DNA of 64,000 bases, taken from contig JAXHNJ010000002.1 in the NCBI GenBank assembly GCA_034520665.1, positions 179,166 to 243,165 on the forward strand, read 5' to 3'. A program made the position numbers and the translations under genes. Within the stretch, counting starts at the first letter, position 1; every line of letters starts with the position of its first letter. Under the pieces are notes generated by a model, which ran no database searches, was not told where the DNA came from, and was given only the letters and a program-made list of their open reading frames with translations. This stretch comes from Patescibacteria group bacterium (lineage in GTDB: Bacteria > Patescibacteriota > Patescibacteriia > JAXHNJ01). This document shows, in pieces, positions 1 through 10,410 of this stretch.

Positions 1-978
1 TTCATCCACTTTTCTTTTTAAGTATTTATAATCGTCTACACCAGTGCGCGAAGGCACGGAAACCATTAAATAAGTCACTTTTTCCTGATACTCGGGATAT
101 TTTTTTAAAAAGTCACGAAAAGCCTCCAGTCGCTTAATAATACCTTTAGTATACTCCATACGGTCAACGGAAAGAATAACTTTTTGTCCGCCTATTTCTT
201 TTTTTAATTTTTTTATCTCATTTTTTACTCTTTTTCTTTTATCAGACTGGTTAAACTTATCAAAATCAATGCCCATGGGAAAACTGTCAACTTTGGTTAA
301 ATGATCCTTAACTATAATTTCACCCAGATTTGACTCATACCCCAAAAGACGAAAAACACTTTCCAGAAAATGCTGGACATAATCATAGGTATGAAAACCG
401 ACTACATCTGAACTGATTAAAGATTGTAAAATTTCCCTTGACCAGGGTATTTGACGAAAAACTTCATATGAAGGAAAAGGAATATGCAAAAAGAATCCAA
501 TATCCAGATCAGGCATTTTCTTTCTTAGCATTTCCGGTAAAAGCATTAAATGATAATCATGAATCCAGACTAAGTCGCCGGGTTTGGCTTTTTCTAAAAC
601 TGCTTCACAAAATTTATGATTTACCCTTTTATAAGCTTTCCACAATTCCTCACTATAATCAGGCAGCTGCAAAAAATAATGAAAAAGAGGCCAAACTACT
701 TTATTGGAAAAGCCATAATAAAATTCCTTAAAATCTCTCTCACTTAAATAAACTGGAGAGTAATTTTTACTTTCTAATTCTTTAGTTAGTTTTTCTCTAT
801 TATCCCCCAACTGGTTAGAAGTTAGTCCCGGCCAGCCAACCCATAAAGCTTTTCTGGACTGAAAAAAAGACTTCATAGCTGTAGCTAAACCTCCGGGTGA
901 GGATATAAAGTTTATATCATCATCTTCTATTTTAGTTTTAATCGGCAGACGGTTGGAAACTATGATCTTTTTGGACAT
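1..978 (-). CDS. otsA: Alpha,alpha-trehalose-phosphate synthase (GT20), partial: N-terminal ~325 aa, C-terminus lies beyond window start
   Basis: Hand translation of the reverse strand from the ATG at 978-976 gives MSKKIIVSNRLPIK...LWVGWPG...VVWPLFHYF...VWIHDYHLMLLP..., the hallmark OtsA N-terminal motifs. The ORF runs off the window, so it is absent from the complete-ORF track. Confidence 0.8.
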   Translation of the reverse strand, partial: MSKKIIVSNRLPIKTKIEDDDINFISSPGGLATAMKSFFQSRKALWVGWPGLTSNQLGDNREKLTKELESKNYSPVYLSERDFKEFYYGFSNKVVWPLFHYFLQLPDYSEELWKAYKRVNHKFCEAVLEKAKPGDLVWIHDYHLMLLPEMLRKKMPDLDIGFFLHIPFPSYEVFRQIPWSREILQSLISSDVVGFHTYDYVQHFLESVFRLLGYESNLGEIIVKDHLTKVDSFPMGIDFDKFNQSDKRKRVKNEIKKLKKEIGGQKVILSVDRMEYTKGIIKRLEAFRDFLKKYPEYQEKVTYLMVSVPSRTGVDDYKYLKRKVDE

Positions 979-1124
979 ATTTTGGGCTATTAAACAACTT
1001 TATTACGTAAAACTTATACTACACCAATAAAAAAAATATGTAAAATAAATAATATTTAATATTGACATTTCTAACAATATTGTTTAATATATTTTATGGT
1101 TCTTTAAACTTAAGGAGGTGCCAA

Positions 1125-1610
1125 TTGAAATCAGGAATTGTGGCTTTTGCTTTCGGAAAACCAGATTATCTAAGGGCTAATCGTATTCTTGCTCAAATAA
1201 CTTCTAAAAAGGCGTTAGAAGAAAAAGACTGTCCTATTTTTACGCAAGAAGATATACCTTTACAAGGAGAAAATTTTGAAATTATAAAGAATAAAAAGGG
1301 CGAACCACCATCAACACTAGAAATAGCTAAGGCGGCTGTTTCTTGGGCTAAAAGAAACAAAATTAATAAACTTATTATTGTTTCAGCTTGTCCGCATCTT
1401 TGGCGATGCAAAAGAGATTTGTCCCGAATAATTAAAGAAAGACAAATGGAAATTGAAATACAAATCGCTGAAGAAATTACAAAAATACCACAAAATTTTT
1501 GGTTCTGCCCCAAATCGCATCAGAAACGAACACAAAAACGATTTAATTGGTTAATACGCGAGGCAATAATAAAAATAATGCCTTTTTTAATTTACCGGCG
1601 TATAACTTAA
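1125..1610 (+). CDS. Hypothetical protein. Likely TTG start 6 nt after AGGAGGTG; an alternative ATG at 1062 has no RBS.
   Basis: ORF 1062..1610 is in the track. A strong SD AGGAGG at 1113-1118 is followed by an in-frame TTG at 1125. No recognisable domain. Confidence 0.4.
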   Translation: MKSGIVAFAFGKPDYLRANRILAQITSKKALEEKDCPIFTQEDIPLQGENFEIIKNKKGEPPSTLEIAKAAVSWAKRNKINKLIIVSACPHLWRCKRDLSRIIKERQMEIEIQIAEEITKIPQNFWFCPKSHQKRTQKRFNWLIREAIIKIMPFLIYRRIT

Positions 1611-1695
1611 ATTTAAATAATCCCTGGAAAAATAATCTAGGGATTTTTTATTAGACGTAAAAATTTTTATTTAGATTTATAAATTAATAATATAA

Positions 1696-1912
1696 AAAAT
1701 TCTAAGCGGACCCGATCTCCCTTTGGGAGACGATCTTCTCCGTGACCCCACACTATATTTGCTTCTTTCACAAGTGCAAAGCCGACAAAAGAGATACTAA
1801 AATTCTAAGCGGGCCCGATCTCCCTTCGGGAGACGATCTTCTCCGTGACCCCACACTATATTTGCTTCGCTCATATGTTTGGGGCAAGCAGGGAGATATA
1901 CTAAAATTCTAA
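1696..1912. repeat. Two tandem ~103-bp units, each a degenerate copy of the 3' part of the adjacent tRNA-Asp gene plus its 3' flank
   Basis: Units begin at 1701 and 1804 and share 68 nt (tctaagcggacccgatctccc-TTTG/TTCG-gggagacgatcttctccgtgacc...). Versus the real gene at 1914-1988 they keep the acceptor 3' strand, the variable region and the anticodon 3' stem. The T-arm hairpin is replaced by a different 6-bp GC hairpin, TCTCCC-loop-GGGAGA. Confidence 0.75.
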
Positions 1913-1913
1913 G

Positions 1914-1988
1914 CGGACCCGACGAGATTTGAACTCGCGATCTTCTCCGTGACAGGGAGATGTGTTAGACCAGCTACACCACGGGTCC
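1914..1988 (-). tRNA. tRNA-Asp (anticodon GTC)
   Basis: The reverse complement folds as a cloverleaf: acceptor GGACCCG/CGGGTCC, D-stem GTGT/ACAC, anticodon stem TCTCC/GGAGA with loop CTGTCAC, T-arm GCGAG-TTCAAAT-CTCGT. The gene is embedded in a 16-bp perfect inverted repeat, aattctaagcggaccc / gggtccgcttagaatt. Confidence 0.85.
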
Positions 1989-2135
1989 GCTTAGAATTCT
2001 TAGAGTATAAATATAAATTATTTTAAAATCCATTGCTTTAAATTGTAATAAATATATTAGCAGATAAATTATTATTTGTCTAGGTCAATTTATCATTAAT
2101 ATTTTTGCGAATTTATAATCTTTATCACTTTTCAC

Positions 2136-5100
2136 TTATTCAATAAGATAGCCCATATAATCAAATTGAACTACTTCTGGCGCTCCCGACATTTCTGAAG
2201 TAATAATTTCGTCTAAACCATCATTATTAACATCACCACTGGATACATAAACTCCATTTCTATTACTAGAAGAAAAAGCAAAGAATTGGCCGACCACGCC
2301 ACCATTAATATCTAGCATTCGCACATGCGGGGCTTTATTAAAGCTAGTACCGGTAATAATTTCCTGGGTGCCATTACCATCAACATCACCAGAAGCTAAA
2401 TTAACCCCACCCCGATAAGCTTGGGCATAAGCAAAAAACTGAGAAATCAAATTTCCATTGCTTTCAAATACACGAATATGAGGACCACCACTTTGATAAG
2501 GAGCGGTAATTACTTCGCCTTGGCCATTATTATTAACATCCGAAATTAAAACATTAATACCAATTCTAAAATGTTCTGGATAAGCAAAAAACTGGTCAAT
2601 TAAAGATCCCTGACCATTAAAAATTCTAACATGAGGCGCTGAAGCTCCCATAGTGCCAGTAGCAATTTCCGCCACACCGTCACCGTTTACATCCCCTACT
2701 GCCAAATTTACTCCTCTTCTAAAAGCTAAAGCATAAGCAAAAAATTGATTTTCCAGATTGCCATTCATATCAAATATTCTCACGTGAGGTCCACCACCTG
2801 GTCCAGCGGCTGTTACTATTTCTTTTTGACCATCCCCGTCAACATCACCAATATCTAAATTAAAACCCCCGCGAAAACTGTTTTGATAGGCAAAAAACTG
2901 ACTCTTTATATTCCCTAAAGAGTCAAAAACTCTGACATGAGGACCGCCACCCTGGCTGGTGCCAGTGACTATTTCCGCCGTGCCGTCGCCGTCTAAATCA
3001 GCCGTGGCTGTTTTTACACCGCCTGTGTAAAGCGAAGAGTAGGCTTTAAAACCATCACCAGATTCTAAAGAATAAAAAATATGAGGCACTTGTCCACTTG
3101 AATTAGTTACTGTAAAACCAACCGACAAGAGATCACTTTGTCCATCAGTGTTTTCTACCTTAACATCATAATAGCCCCCGGACATTTGGCCCAAAGGAAT
3201 AACCACAGTCATTTGCTCTGAACTTTTTACATAACTAATAGCTTCATGATCACCAAAATAAGTAGTAGCGCCGTGACGGAAATTTTGACCGTATAAGTCT
3301 AAGTAGGCTTGATAATCTGAGTTATCAGTTACTGATAAACGATTAGGGCTGACTGAACTGACCACTGGCGCTTCACTAGTATAAGGAGCCACGCCTCTAA
3401 TATTTATTTTTCTAATCATATCATTCCAGGAATCACAAACATATAAATATTTGGTATCATTATCAATAACCATACCCATTAAATTATTAAACTTTGTATC
3501 CGTACGGCTGCTATTATGAAATCCTCTGGTGCCTGAACCGGCTACTAGCTTAACAATATCTGAATTGAGTTCAACTAATCTAACCCGATGACTACCAGAC
3601 TCAGAAACAAAAACTTTATTAGCATAGTATTTTACATAAACTGGATAGGAAAAAACCGCTCTGGAAGCAAGTCCATCTAAATAGCCGTTTCGACCATCAC
3701 CAGCTACTGTAGTAACTTTCCCCGTAGAAATTTTTACCCGACGTATTCGATGATTATCTCGATCAGCCACATATAAGTACTGACCTGAGGAATCAATATC
3801 TATGCCATAAGGATGATTAAATTTAGCGGCTGCGCCCATACCGTCAGCAAAACCAGCTTCACCCGAGCCAGCAATAAGCCAAGTTTGACCGTCTGAAATT
3901 CGTACCTTTCTAATACGGTTATTACCGGTATCAGAAACATACAAATACTGATCATCGGGAGAAATAACTAGATTAGCCGGAATATCAAAAAGAGTCGTAT
4001 TTTTAGTACCTTCCTGATAGCCATTACCAGAGCCGGTAACATTAGTATCACCGCTGCCAGAGACTAAAAACGAGCTCTGATTGGCAATATTTACTCCTCT
4101 GATACGATTATTCCAGCGATCGGCTACATAGAGAGTATCACCGCTTGAATTAATGGTAATGCCGGAAATATTGGAAAATCGAGCGGCTGAGCCTGTCCCC
4201 TCTTCATTATTATAACTGTCAACACTGTTACCAATAACAAAGCTGGTATAACCAGTTGATAAATTTATTTTTCTGATTTTATTATTTTCAGCCAGGTAAA
4301 TATAATTGCCATCCGGTGACTTGACCATATCATAAGGACGGCCGATTAAAGCACTGGTGGAATAGCCATTACGATAACCAAAACGGTCTGACCCGACATA
4401 AACTTCATTGTCAGAGGCATCATTTTTGTTATAGCGATGAATAGTGCCGTTGCCGGCCAAATAAATATAATCGCCATGAATACGCACACCCGAAGTCGGA
4501 TAAATACTGGTCATCGAAGAGTCATAAGCAAACTGGGTAGTCTCCCCTGTTTCTGGATTAATTTTTCTAATAACCCCAATACGATTTTCATCCTCATCAG
4601 TCACATATAAATAACCTGAGGAAGCATCATAAGCAATGCCATAAACCATTCTAAAACTAGCATTACTGCCAGTACCTTCTTCATAAGCACTAGTGCTTGA
4701 GCCAGCAATTAAACTAACACTGCCAGTTGAAGTATTGACTTTAATTACACGATTATTACCTTCATCAGCCACATAAAGAGTGCTTCCGTCTGAAGAAATA
4801 GCCATTTTTCTGGGGCTGCTAATTGAAGTAGTTAAGTTATAAACAGCTCCGTTAGAGCGATTTACTTTTTTAATAGCATTATTACCGGTATCAGCAATAT
4901 ATAAATAATCGCCTTGAGCTAAAATGCCTTCTGGTGAAGATAACCCAGAAGAAATGTAAGTACTAACACTACCATAAACATCAACTTTACGAATCATGTT
5001 ATTACCGGTATCAGCTACAAAGACATTGCCGGAAGAATCAACAGTCACTCCTTTAGGTAAAGCAAATTCGGAAAGTTCAGCCGAAGCATTATAATAACCA

Positions 5101-5375
5101 TACTTACCACAACCAGCATGAGTATAAATTAGACCTTCTGGGGTTATTTTACGAATAACATTATTATAAGTATCCGCTATATAAAGATTACCTGAAGCGT
5201 CAAAAGCCACGTCATGAGGAAAATCTAAAAAAGAATCAGTAGCCGGCCCGCCATCTCCGGCATAAAGCTTACCCACAAAAGTAGTAGTATCACCATAGGC
5301 GGCTAGAGCTTGACTGGAAAAAACAAAAAAAAGACCTAAAATTAGTAAAGGTAAAAATAAATAAATTTTTCTCAT
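2136..5375 (-). CDS. Secreted NHL-repeat protein with C-terminal FG-GAP/VCBS-like repeats (1079 aa, signal peptide)
   Basis: The N-terminal signal peptide is MRKIYLFLPLLILGLFFVFSSQALA. There are many YIADTGNNRIRKV-type NHL repeats. C-terminal repeats of the form GDVDGDG..EI..G...GGPHVR.FD are FG-GAP-like. Confidence 0.7.
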   Translation of the reverse strand: MRKIYLFLPLLILGLFFVFSSQALAAYGDTTTFVGKLYAGDGGPATDSFLDFPHDVAFDASGNLYIADTYNNVIRKITPEGLIYTHAGCGKYGYYNASAELSEFALPKGVTVDSSGNVFVADTGNNMIRKVDVYGSVSTYISSGLSSPEGILAQGDYLYIADTGNNAIKKVNRSNGAVYNLTTSISSPRKMAISSDGSTLYVADEGNNRVIKVNTSTGSVSLIAGSSTSAYEEGTGSNASFRMVYGIAYDASSGYLYVTDEDENRIGVIRKINPETGETTQFAYDSSMTSIYPTSGVRIHGDYIYLAGNGTIHRYNKNDASDNEVYVGSDRFGYRNGYSTSALIGRPYDMVKSPDGNYIYLAENNKIRKINLSTGYTSFVIGNSVDSYNNEEGTGSAARFSNISGITINSSGDTLYVADRWNNRIRGVNIANQSSFLVSGSGDTNVTGSGNGYQEGTKNTTLFDIPANLVISPDDQYLYVSDTGNNRIRKVRISDGQTWLIAGSGEAGFADGMGAAAKFNHPYGIDIDSSGQYLYVADRDNHRIRRVKISTGKVTTVAGDGRNGYLDGLASRAVFSYPVYVKYYANKVFVSESGSHRVRLVELNSDIVKLVAGSGTRGFHNSSRTDTKFNNLMGMVIDNDTKYLYVCDSWNDMIRKINIRGVAPYTSEAPVVSSVSPNRLSVTDNSDYQAYLDLYGQNFRHGATTYFGDHEAISYVKSSEQMTVVIPLGQMSGGYYDVKVENTDGQSDLLSVGFTVTNSSGQVPHIFYSLESGDGFKAYSSLYTGGVKTATADLDGDGTAEIVTGTSQGGGPHVRVFDSLGNIKSQFFAYQNSFRGGFNLDIGDVDGDGQKEIVTAAGPGGGPHVRIFDMNGNLENQFFAYALAFRRGVNLAVGDVNGDGVAEIATGTMGASAPHVRIFNGQGSLIDQFFAYPEHFRIGINVLISDVNNNGQGEVITAPYQSGGPHIRVFESNGNLISQFFAYAQAYRGGVNLASGDVDGNGTQEIITGTSFNKAPHVRMLDINGGVVGQFFAFSSSNRNGVYVSSGDVNNDGLDEIITSEMSGAPEVVQFDYMGYLIE

Positions 5376-5483
5376 AATTTTAAAATTTAATTTCTAATAA
5401 CTAATTTAATTATATAATAATTAGCTCATAAAAAAAAGAGGGCGAATGTTGGTACATCCGCCCTTAAAGTTCAATAAGTTCAA

Positions 5484-6890
5484 TTAATCCGGCAGATCCT
5501 CAGGATCTACCCGATATATGAATAATTTAGATTTTCCCTTCAATAGATTGAAGGTAAAATCTTTTGCCCCAAATAACTTTTTGGGGCGATTATAGCCAAC
5601 TTCTAGAAAGCCATTGGCTCGCATTTGGACCAAGAGCCATTTCTGGCCTTTATAAAGGGCTGGCTTCCATTCAAAGTAAGGCCCGTATTCATGTCTGAGC
5701 CTAAAAAGTGGGGCAAAGACCGGTGCTCCCTCAAGGATATAATCACCTTGGTGATCATTTTTGGGATATAATAAATTCTTACTATCCCAATTTACTACTG
5801 AAGAGAATTTACCAACTTTAGACACTTGGTAAAACCCTCCAATATTTATACCCTCTTGGACATTAATTAAGATCAACTCGCCTTTAAAGACGGGAAGAAA
5901 ATTATTTTCCCCGTCAAGGTCGAGATGTCTAACCAAACAATCGGTACTTTCAGGGGGTTTATAATCATTAGGAATCTCTATTCCCCGAGGATCAAAATTC
6001 TTTTCCTCTTCACTAACTCTTGTTTGTAAGTTAGTGCGAAAAGCCGAATTTTTCCAATTTTTTAAATCTATCTCAGGAAACAAATGAAACCATTTATAGC
6101 TTATAATAATTATTAGGATAATTAAAATTAAGCTAGCAAACTGACCCAGAGGATCTCTTTCTTTTTTAAATAAACCTAAAAACCATCTAAACACTAACCA
6201 CAAGAAAACTCCGATTAACATATAGTACCGAAATACTATATAAAAGATATGACTCAAGCTCATACCCTTAACAACCTCTGGTACAGGTAAATAATAGCCG
6301 AAAGCATTATTCATTATCAGAGCCGTAAGAACTAGAGGCACGATCGCTTCTTTTAATCCGGTTAAGAATAAAGCTATTACCAGAAGAGCTAGAAAAACTA
6401 GCTGTAAATTTTCCTTTGAAAATTGTATTACCACTCCACCGTATATTAAAAACAATCCGTAAATTAGCCACAGTAAGGCGCCGATAAATCCTATAGTACT
6501 TATTATTTTTCTCCACCGCCAATTCTTTACTTTTATAAACTCTAGAAATTTCTTTCTAGTAATACCATAAACTAATAAAGAAATAAGCAGATAAAAAATA
6601 ATAAATTGTTTTGAAAAAACAGAAGTTTCTTCTTTAACCACACTAGTTTTTTCAACTACCGGCTTTTCAACTACTTCTTGGGTTACCTGCTGAATGACTT
6701 CTTCTTCACTTCCGGAAAAAAATAAGACCTTCGGTGAAAAAATAGCAACAATCAAAAGGCTACCTAGGACAGTAATATAGATAATAGTACCAGTATGTTT
6801 ACGTAAGAACGAAATAGTTTCCCAATACTTCTTTTTTAGAAATTTCTGACAATGCTTACACAGCTTCCACTTGAATTTCATTTTCATCAA
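5484..6890 (-). CDS. Hypothetical polytopic membrane protein with a C-terminal soluble domain (468 aa)
   Basis: ORF track. Multiple hydrophobic helices in the N-terminal 300 aa. No recognisable catalytic motif. Confidence 0.5.
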   Translation of the reverse strand: MMKMKFKWKLCKHCQKFLKKKYWETISFLRKHTGTIIYITVLGSLLIVAIFSPKVLFFSGSEEEVIQQVTQEVVEKPVVEKTSVVKEETSVFSKQFIIFYLLISLLVYGITRKKFLEFIKVKNWRWRKIISTIGFIGALLWLIYGLFLIYGGVVIQFSKENLQLVFLALLVIALFLTGLKEAIVPLVLTALIMNNAFGYYLPVPEVVKGMSLSHIFYIVFRYYMLIGVFLWLVFRWFLGLFKKERDPLGQFASLILIILIIIISYKWFHLFPEIDLKNWKNSAFRTNLQTRVSEEEKNFDPRGIEIPNDYKPPESTDCLVRHLDLDGENNFLPVFKGELILINVQEGINIGGFYQVSKVGKFSSVVNWDSKNLLYPKNDHQGDYILEGAPVFAPLFRLRHEYGPYFEWKPALYKGQKWLLVQMRANGFLEVGYNRPKKLFGAKDFTFNLLKGKSKLFIYRVDPEDLPD

Positions 6891-7057
6891 CTCCTTATCT
6901 TTTGATTTTTATTGTTATTTACAAGTTATTTAAAATTTAAAGGACAATCTATTATCATAAAGATAACAGATCATACTAGCATAAAAATATATTTTTGTCA
7001 AGTATGAAAAAAGGAGCTATTTATTATGGAAATAGCTCCCCTGTGAAAATTAATTGT

Positions 7058-8985
7058 TTACTCCCTGGAAGAGGTAGACTCTTCATCCACCTCATTCACC
7101 TCTTCAGGTAATATATCACGACCAACTTCAAAAGAAAGACCAGCTTTAGCTAGCATGTCGCTAACATTACCGACTCCCTGGGTAAAAACTACACGACCCT
7201 TGCCTTCTTCGCCAGCTAATCTTTCCTGGGCTTCCCAACCCCGCGTGATCAAGTAAGCAGAGCGCGCCTGCTCACTGAGCTTATTACCAGACTTAGGTTT
7301 AGTCTCAAAAGCTAAGATCTGTTGGCGCACTGATTCTCGAATACCAGCACCTCTAAGAGCTTCCGCTCTAGCCTTACCAGAAGACTCGATAATAGCTTTG
7401 CGTCTTTGAATAAGGGCTTTGAGCATTTCCTCGAGGTTGTCACGCAAACCGCTGATTTCTTCAAGATCAGTAATAGGCAGATCAATAATCTGAGTACCAT
7501 AACGCTTCCAAATCATAGCTGCTTTACTATTGGGAGTAAAGAGATAAGGATTTTCTAATAGTGCTACTTCATCGAGCCCAAAGATTTTACCCTTATCTTT
7601 ACGCCAACCGTCTTTTTCCTGCCACTTACTTTCTTCCCTTTTCTCAGATTCACCTCTATTTTCCTCCGAATTTTCCTGATTATCATCTCCTTTTATTTCT
7701 TTCCAAACACCATCAGCTTCGTTCCTAGCCTTTTCAGCCCATTTTTTCAATTTACAGAATTCTAGCTGATCTTTATCTTTGTCTAAACCTCGATCTTTTT
7801 TCTGCGACTCTTCGTATTCCTCGGCAGTCCCAAGTTCATCATCAGATAATTTTTGAGATCCCGCTTCTTTAGGAACAAAACCATGGTTTTTCTCGAAGGT
7901 TTTTCTGGCTAAATCGACCTCTCTTTCCCACTTCTGGGCTTTTTTTTCAAATAATTCAATGTTTTTGTTATTCATTAATTTAATATTAGTCAATGTCTGA
8001 CCAATACCAAATTCCAAGCGCAAAAGTGATTGAGCTTCCTTAATAATCTCTGGCTGGTAGCTTTCGATATAAGCCTCTAAATCTTCCTCCATAGCTTTTA
8101 AACGCTTAATTTCCTCTTCATCAACCTTGACTTCGCCTTTTTTCATTTTAGCAAGTTTAGTTTCTACATCTTCAGCTGACTCTTTAAGAGTGCTGATACT
8201 TCCTTCTCGAAAAAACTTCAGCTGAGGTAGAATTCGGCGTAAGACTTCAAGGATTAGATCCTTGAAAGTGTCTTTTGGTTTTTTTAAGGTAAAGGCAGCT
8301 TTTTCATAATCCCAGAAACGAAGGATTATATCTAAAGCTACTGCTACCCCAGCTGGATCGCCGGATTCATAAAGAGGCACCCCATGGGGATCATAACCTG
8401 AAGACAATTCCTTTTTTATCGGATTATTAGTCCCATCTTTTATAATATTACCCTCTTTATCCTTTTCAAACTCTCTGTATTGAGAGAGAAGTCTTATAAC
8501 CTCATCCCCCATAAAAAGAGAATGTCGTACTTCATCTTCACTTTCGTATTCAGACCAAGAAAAAGCCTGAACTGTGAAACGGGGATGAAAACCAATCCAA
8601 ATCAAGCCATCGTCATGTTCATCCAGTAATATTATTTTATACTGAACTCCCATTTGTTCCATTTCCTTTTTCCAGCGAAGGACATGTTCTCTCAACTCAG
8701 TCGGCGAGTTGATAATCACTTTATTTATTTTGTTATAATCCATAATAAAAAGCATTTTATTATGGGGACAGATAGCAAAATAATGGCCTATCTTTGCCAA
8801 AGACTTTACCTTAGAAATAGCTTTCTGGTATAAATAAGGCGCCACCGAAATATAGGCTATAGTCAGAACAACAACCACCCAAAACATCTTGGGATGAATG
8901 AGTTTAGCTACCAGTAATAGTAGTATAAAAACTACCAATATACTCAATAGGTATACTCGGCCCCAATTTATTTTTTTTAATCTCA
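7058..8985 (-). CDS. Hypothetical membrane-anchored coiled-coil protein, Glu/Lys-rich (about 642 aa from the preferred start)
   Basis: ORF 7058..9076 is in the track. The internal Met at 8985 (MRLKKINWGRVYLL) is preceded by AGGGAGTGGAG 4 nt upstream and by a TM helix, so it is the preferred start. Confidence 0.5.
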
Positions 8986-9535
8986 TTTTCTCCACTCCCT
9001 TTCCTTTCAAGTAAAACAAAAAAAACATCAAATTCCGTGATTTATTTATTGGAGTAAACTCCTTTTTAAAGAACAAGTAAAGTTACAGACAATTATTTAT
9101 TGTTAGTAACTATAGAGATTAGCATTTATTGTTAGATTTGTCAAGTGCCAGTATAAATCTCACAAAAAATATAGCGATTTTTTTAGGAAAGAAATTAAAG
9201 ACTTAATTATAATAAGAATTGTCTTTCTTTTACGCGTAGGCGGAGATTCATCTCCGCTATAATTATTTTTTTTAAGAGCGTAGATGTCAGTCGCGACTGA
9301 CATCTACTAAATTATTTTAAGCATATTTCTACTCAACTTGTCCCGAGCTGCGCGAGGCGATCTAAATAGTGATAAACACTATAGTGTTAAAGTGCTAAAT
9401 AAAAGATTTATCTTTAATTAGCTCTATTTAATTATTAAAAACCGCCAGAAATATGTACCTAAAATTTAATAAAGTTTCCAGGGTTTACAAAATAAAAGTA
9501 TCAGTAGTAACTTTTATTTTTTAAAGATTTCTCTG

Positions 9536-10408
9536 CTACTTCCCGTTACTTCTATTACATTTAATACCTTCTTCAAAGCCCTGACAAAAAATCTCTCCGT
9601 CTTTATCATTCCTCAATATCTCAATATCTTGATCATTCAATCTTTCAATAGCCGCCTCATGCGGATGGTCAAAACGGTTATCCTGACCGCACTGAATAAT
9701 GGCATAGGCCGGGTTAACTTTCTTAATAAAATCACGATCTGAAGAATACTTTGAGCCATGATGCCCTACTTTTAAAACATCGGCTTTTACGGTTAAATTA
9801 TTGGCTATTAGTTTTTTTTCTATCTCTTTAGAATTATCACCAGTGAATAAAAAACAATGCTCAAAATAACAAAGCCGATTGACAATAGAAGCGTCATTAA
9901 GATCCTCAAACTCTTGGCCTGTAATATCTTCAAAGGGATATAAAGTTTCTAAATATAAATTTTTTGATAAAATAAATTTGTCACCAGCTAAGGTTTCACT
10001 ATAGTCAATTTCTTTTTCCTTAATTAATTTTTGCCACTGCTTATAAGTAGACGAATTATAATCAATATCAAAGCCCAAAACCTGATCGACTTCATATATT
10101 TTTAAAACTTCCACTAGTCCATTGACATGATCAGCGTGTGGATGAGTCAAAATCATTAGCTCAATATCTCGGTTCCAAAAACTCATGTGTTTATCCAATT
10201 CATTGATTACTGCTTTGCCCGGTCCCCCGTCAATAAGAATATCCTGACCAGCTGGAGTTTGAATTAATATAGAATCTCCCTGGCCAACATCTAAAAAATA
10301 AACCTTTAATAAATCATTTTTTGAAGAATTTAGACTAAATATTAAAAAACATACAATACTAATTAAGCCTAAAAAAACATAGAATAATTTTTTATTAGGA
10401 ATAAACAT
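9536..10408 (-). CDS. comEC: ComEC/Rec2 C-terminal metallo-beta-lactamase domain protein (290 aa)
   Basis: YFLDVGQGDSILIQTP...ILIDGG...MILTHPHADHVNGL is the MBL-fold signature of ComEC. An N-terminal TM helix is present. Confidence 0.8.
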   Translation of the reverse strand: MFIPNKKLFYVFLGLISIVCFLIFSLNSSKNDLLKVYFLDVGQGDSILIQTPAGQDILIDGGPGKAVINELDKHMSFWNRDIELMILTHPHADHVNGLVEVLKIYEVDQVLGFDIDYNSSTYKQWQKLIKEKEIDYSETLAGDKFILSKNLYLETLYPFEDITGQEFEDLNDASIVNRLCYFEHCFLFTGDNSKEIEKKLIANNLTVKADVLKVGHHGSKYSSDRDFIKKVNPAYAIIQCGQDNRFDHPHEAAIERLNDQDIEILRNDKDGEIFCQGFEEGIKCNRSNGK

Positions 10409-10410
10409 AA

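Noticed and set aside
438-731. 97-aa plus-strand ORF
   Set aside because: It lies entirely antisense within the otsA coding region, which has strong OtsA motifs on the minus strand, and it has no RBS.
1193-1513. 106-aa minus-strand ORF
   Set aside because: Antisense to the better-supported plus-strand ORF, which has an AGGAGG RBS. Low-complexity composition.
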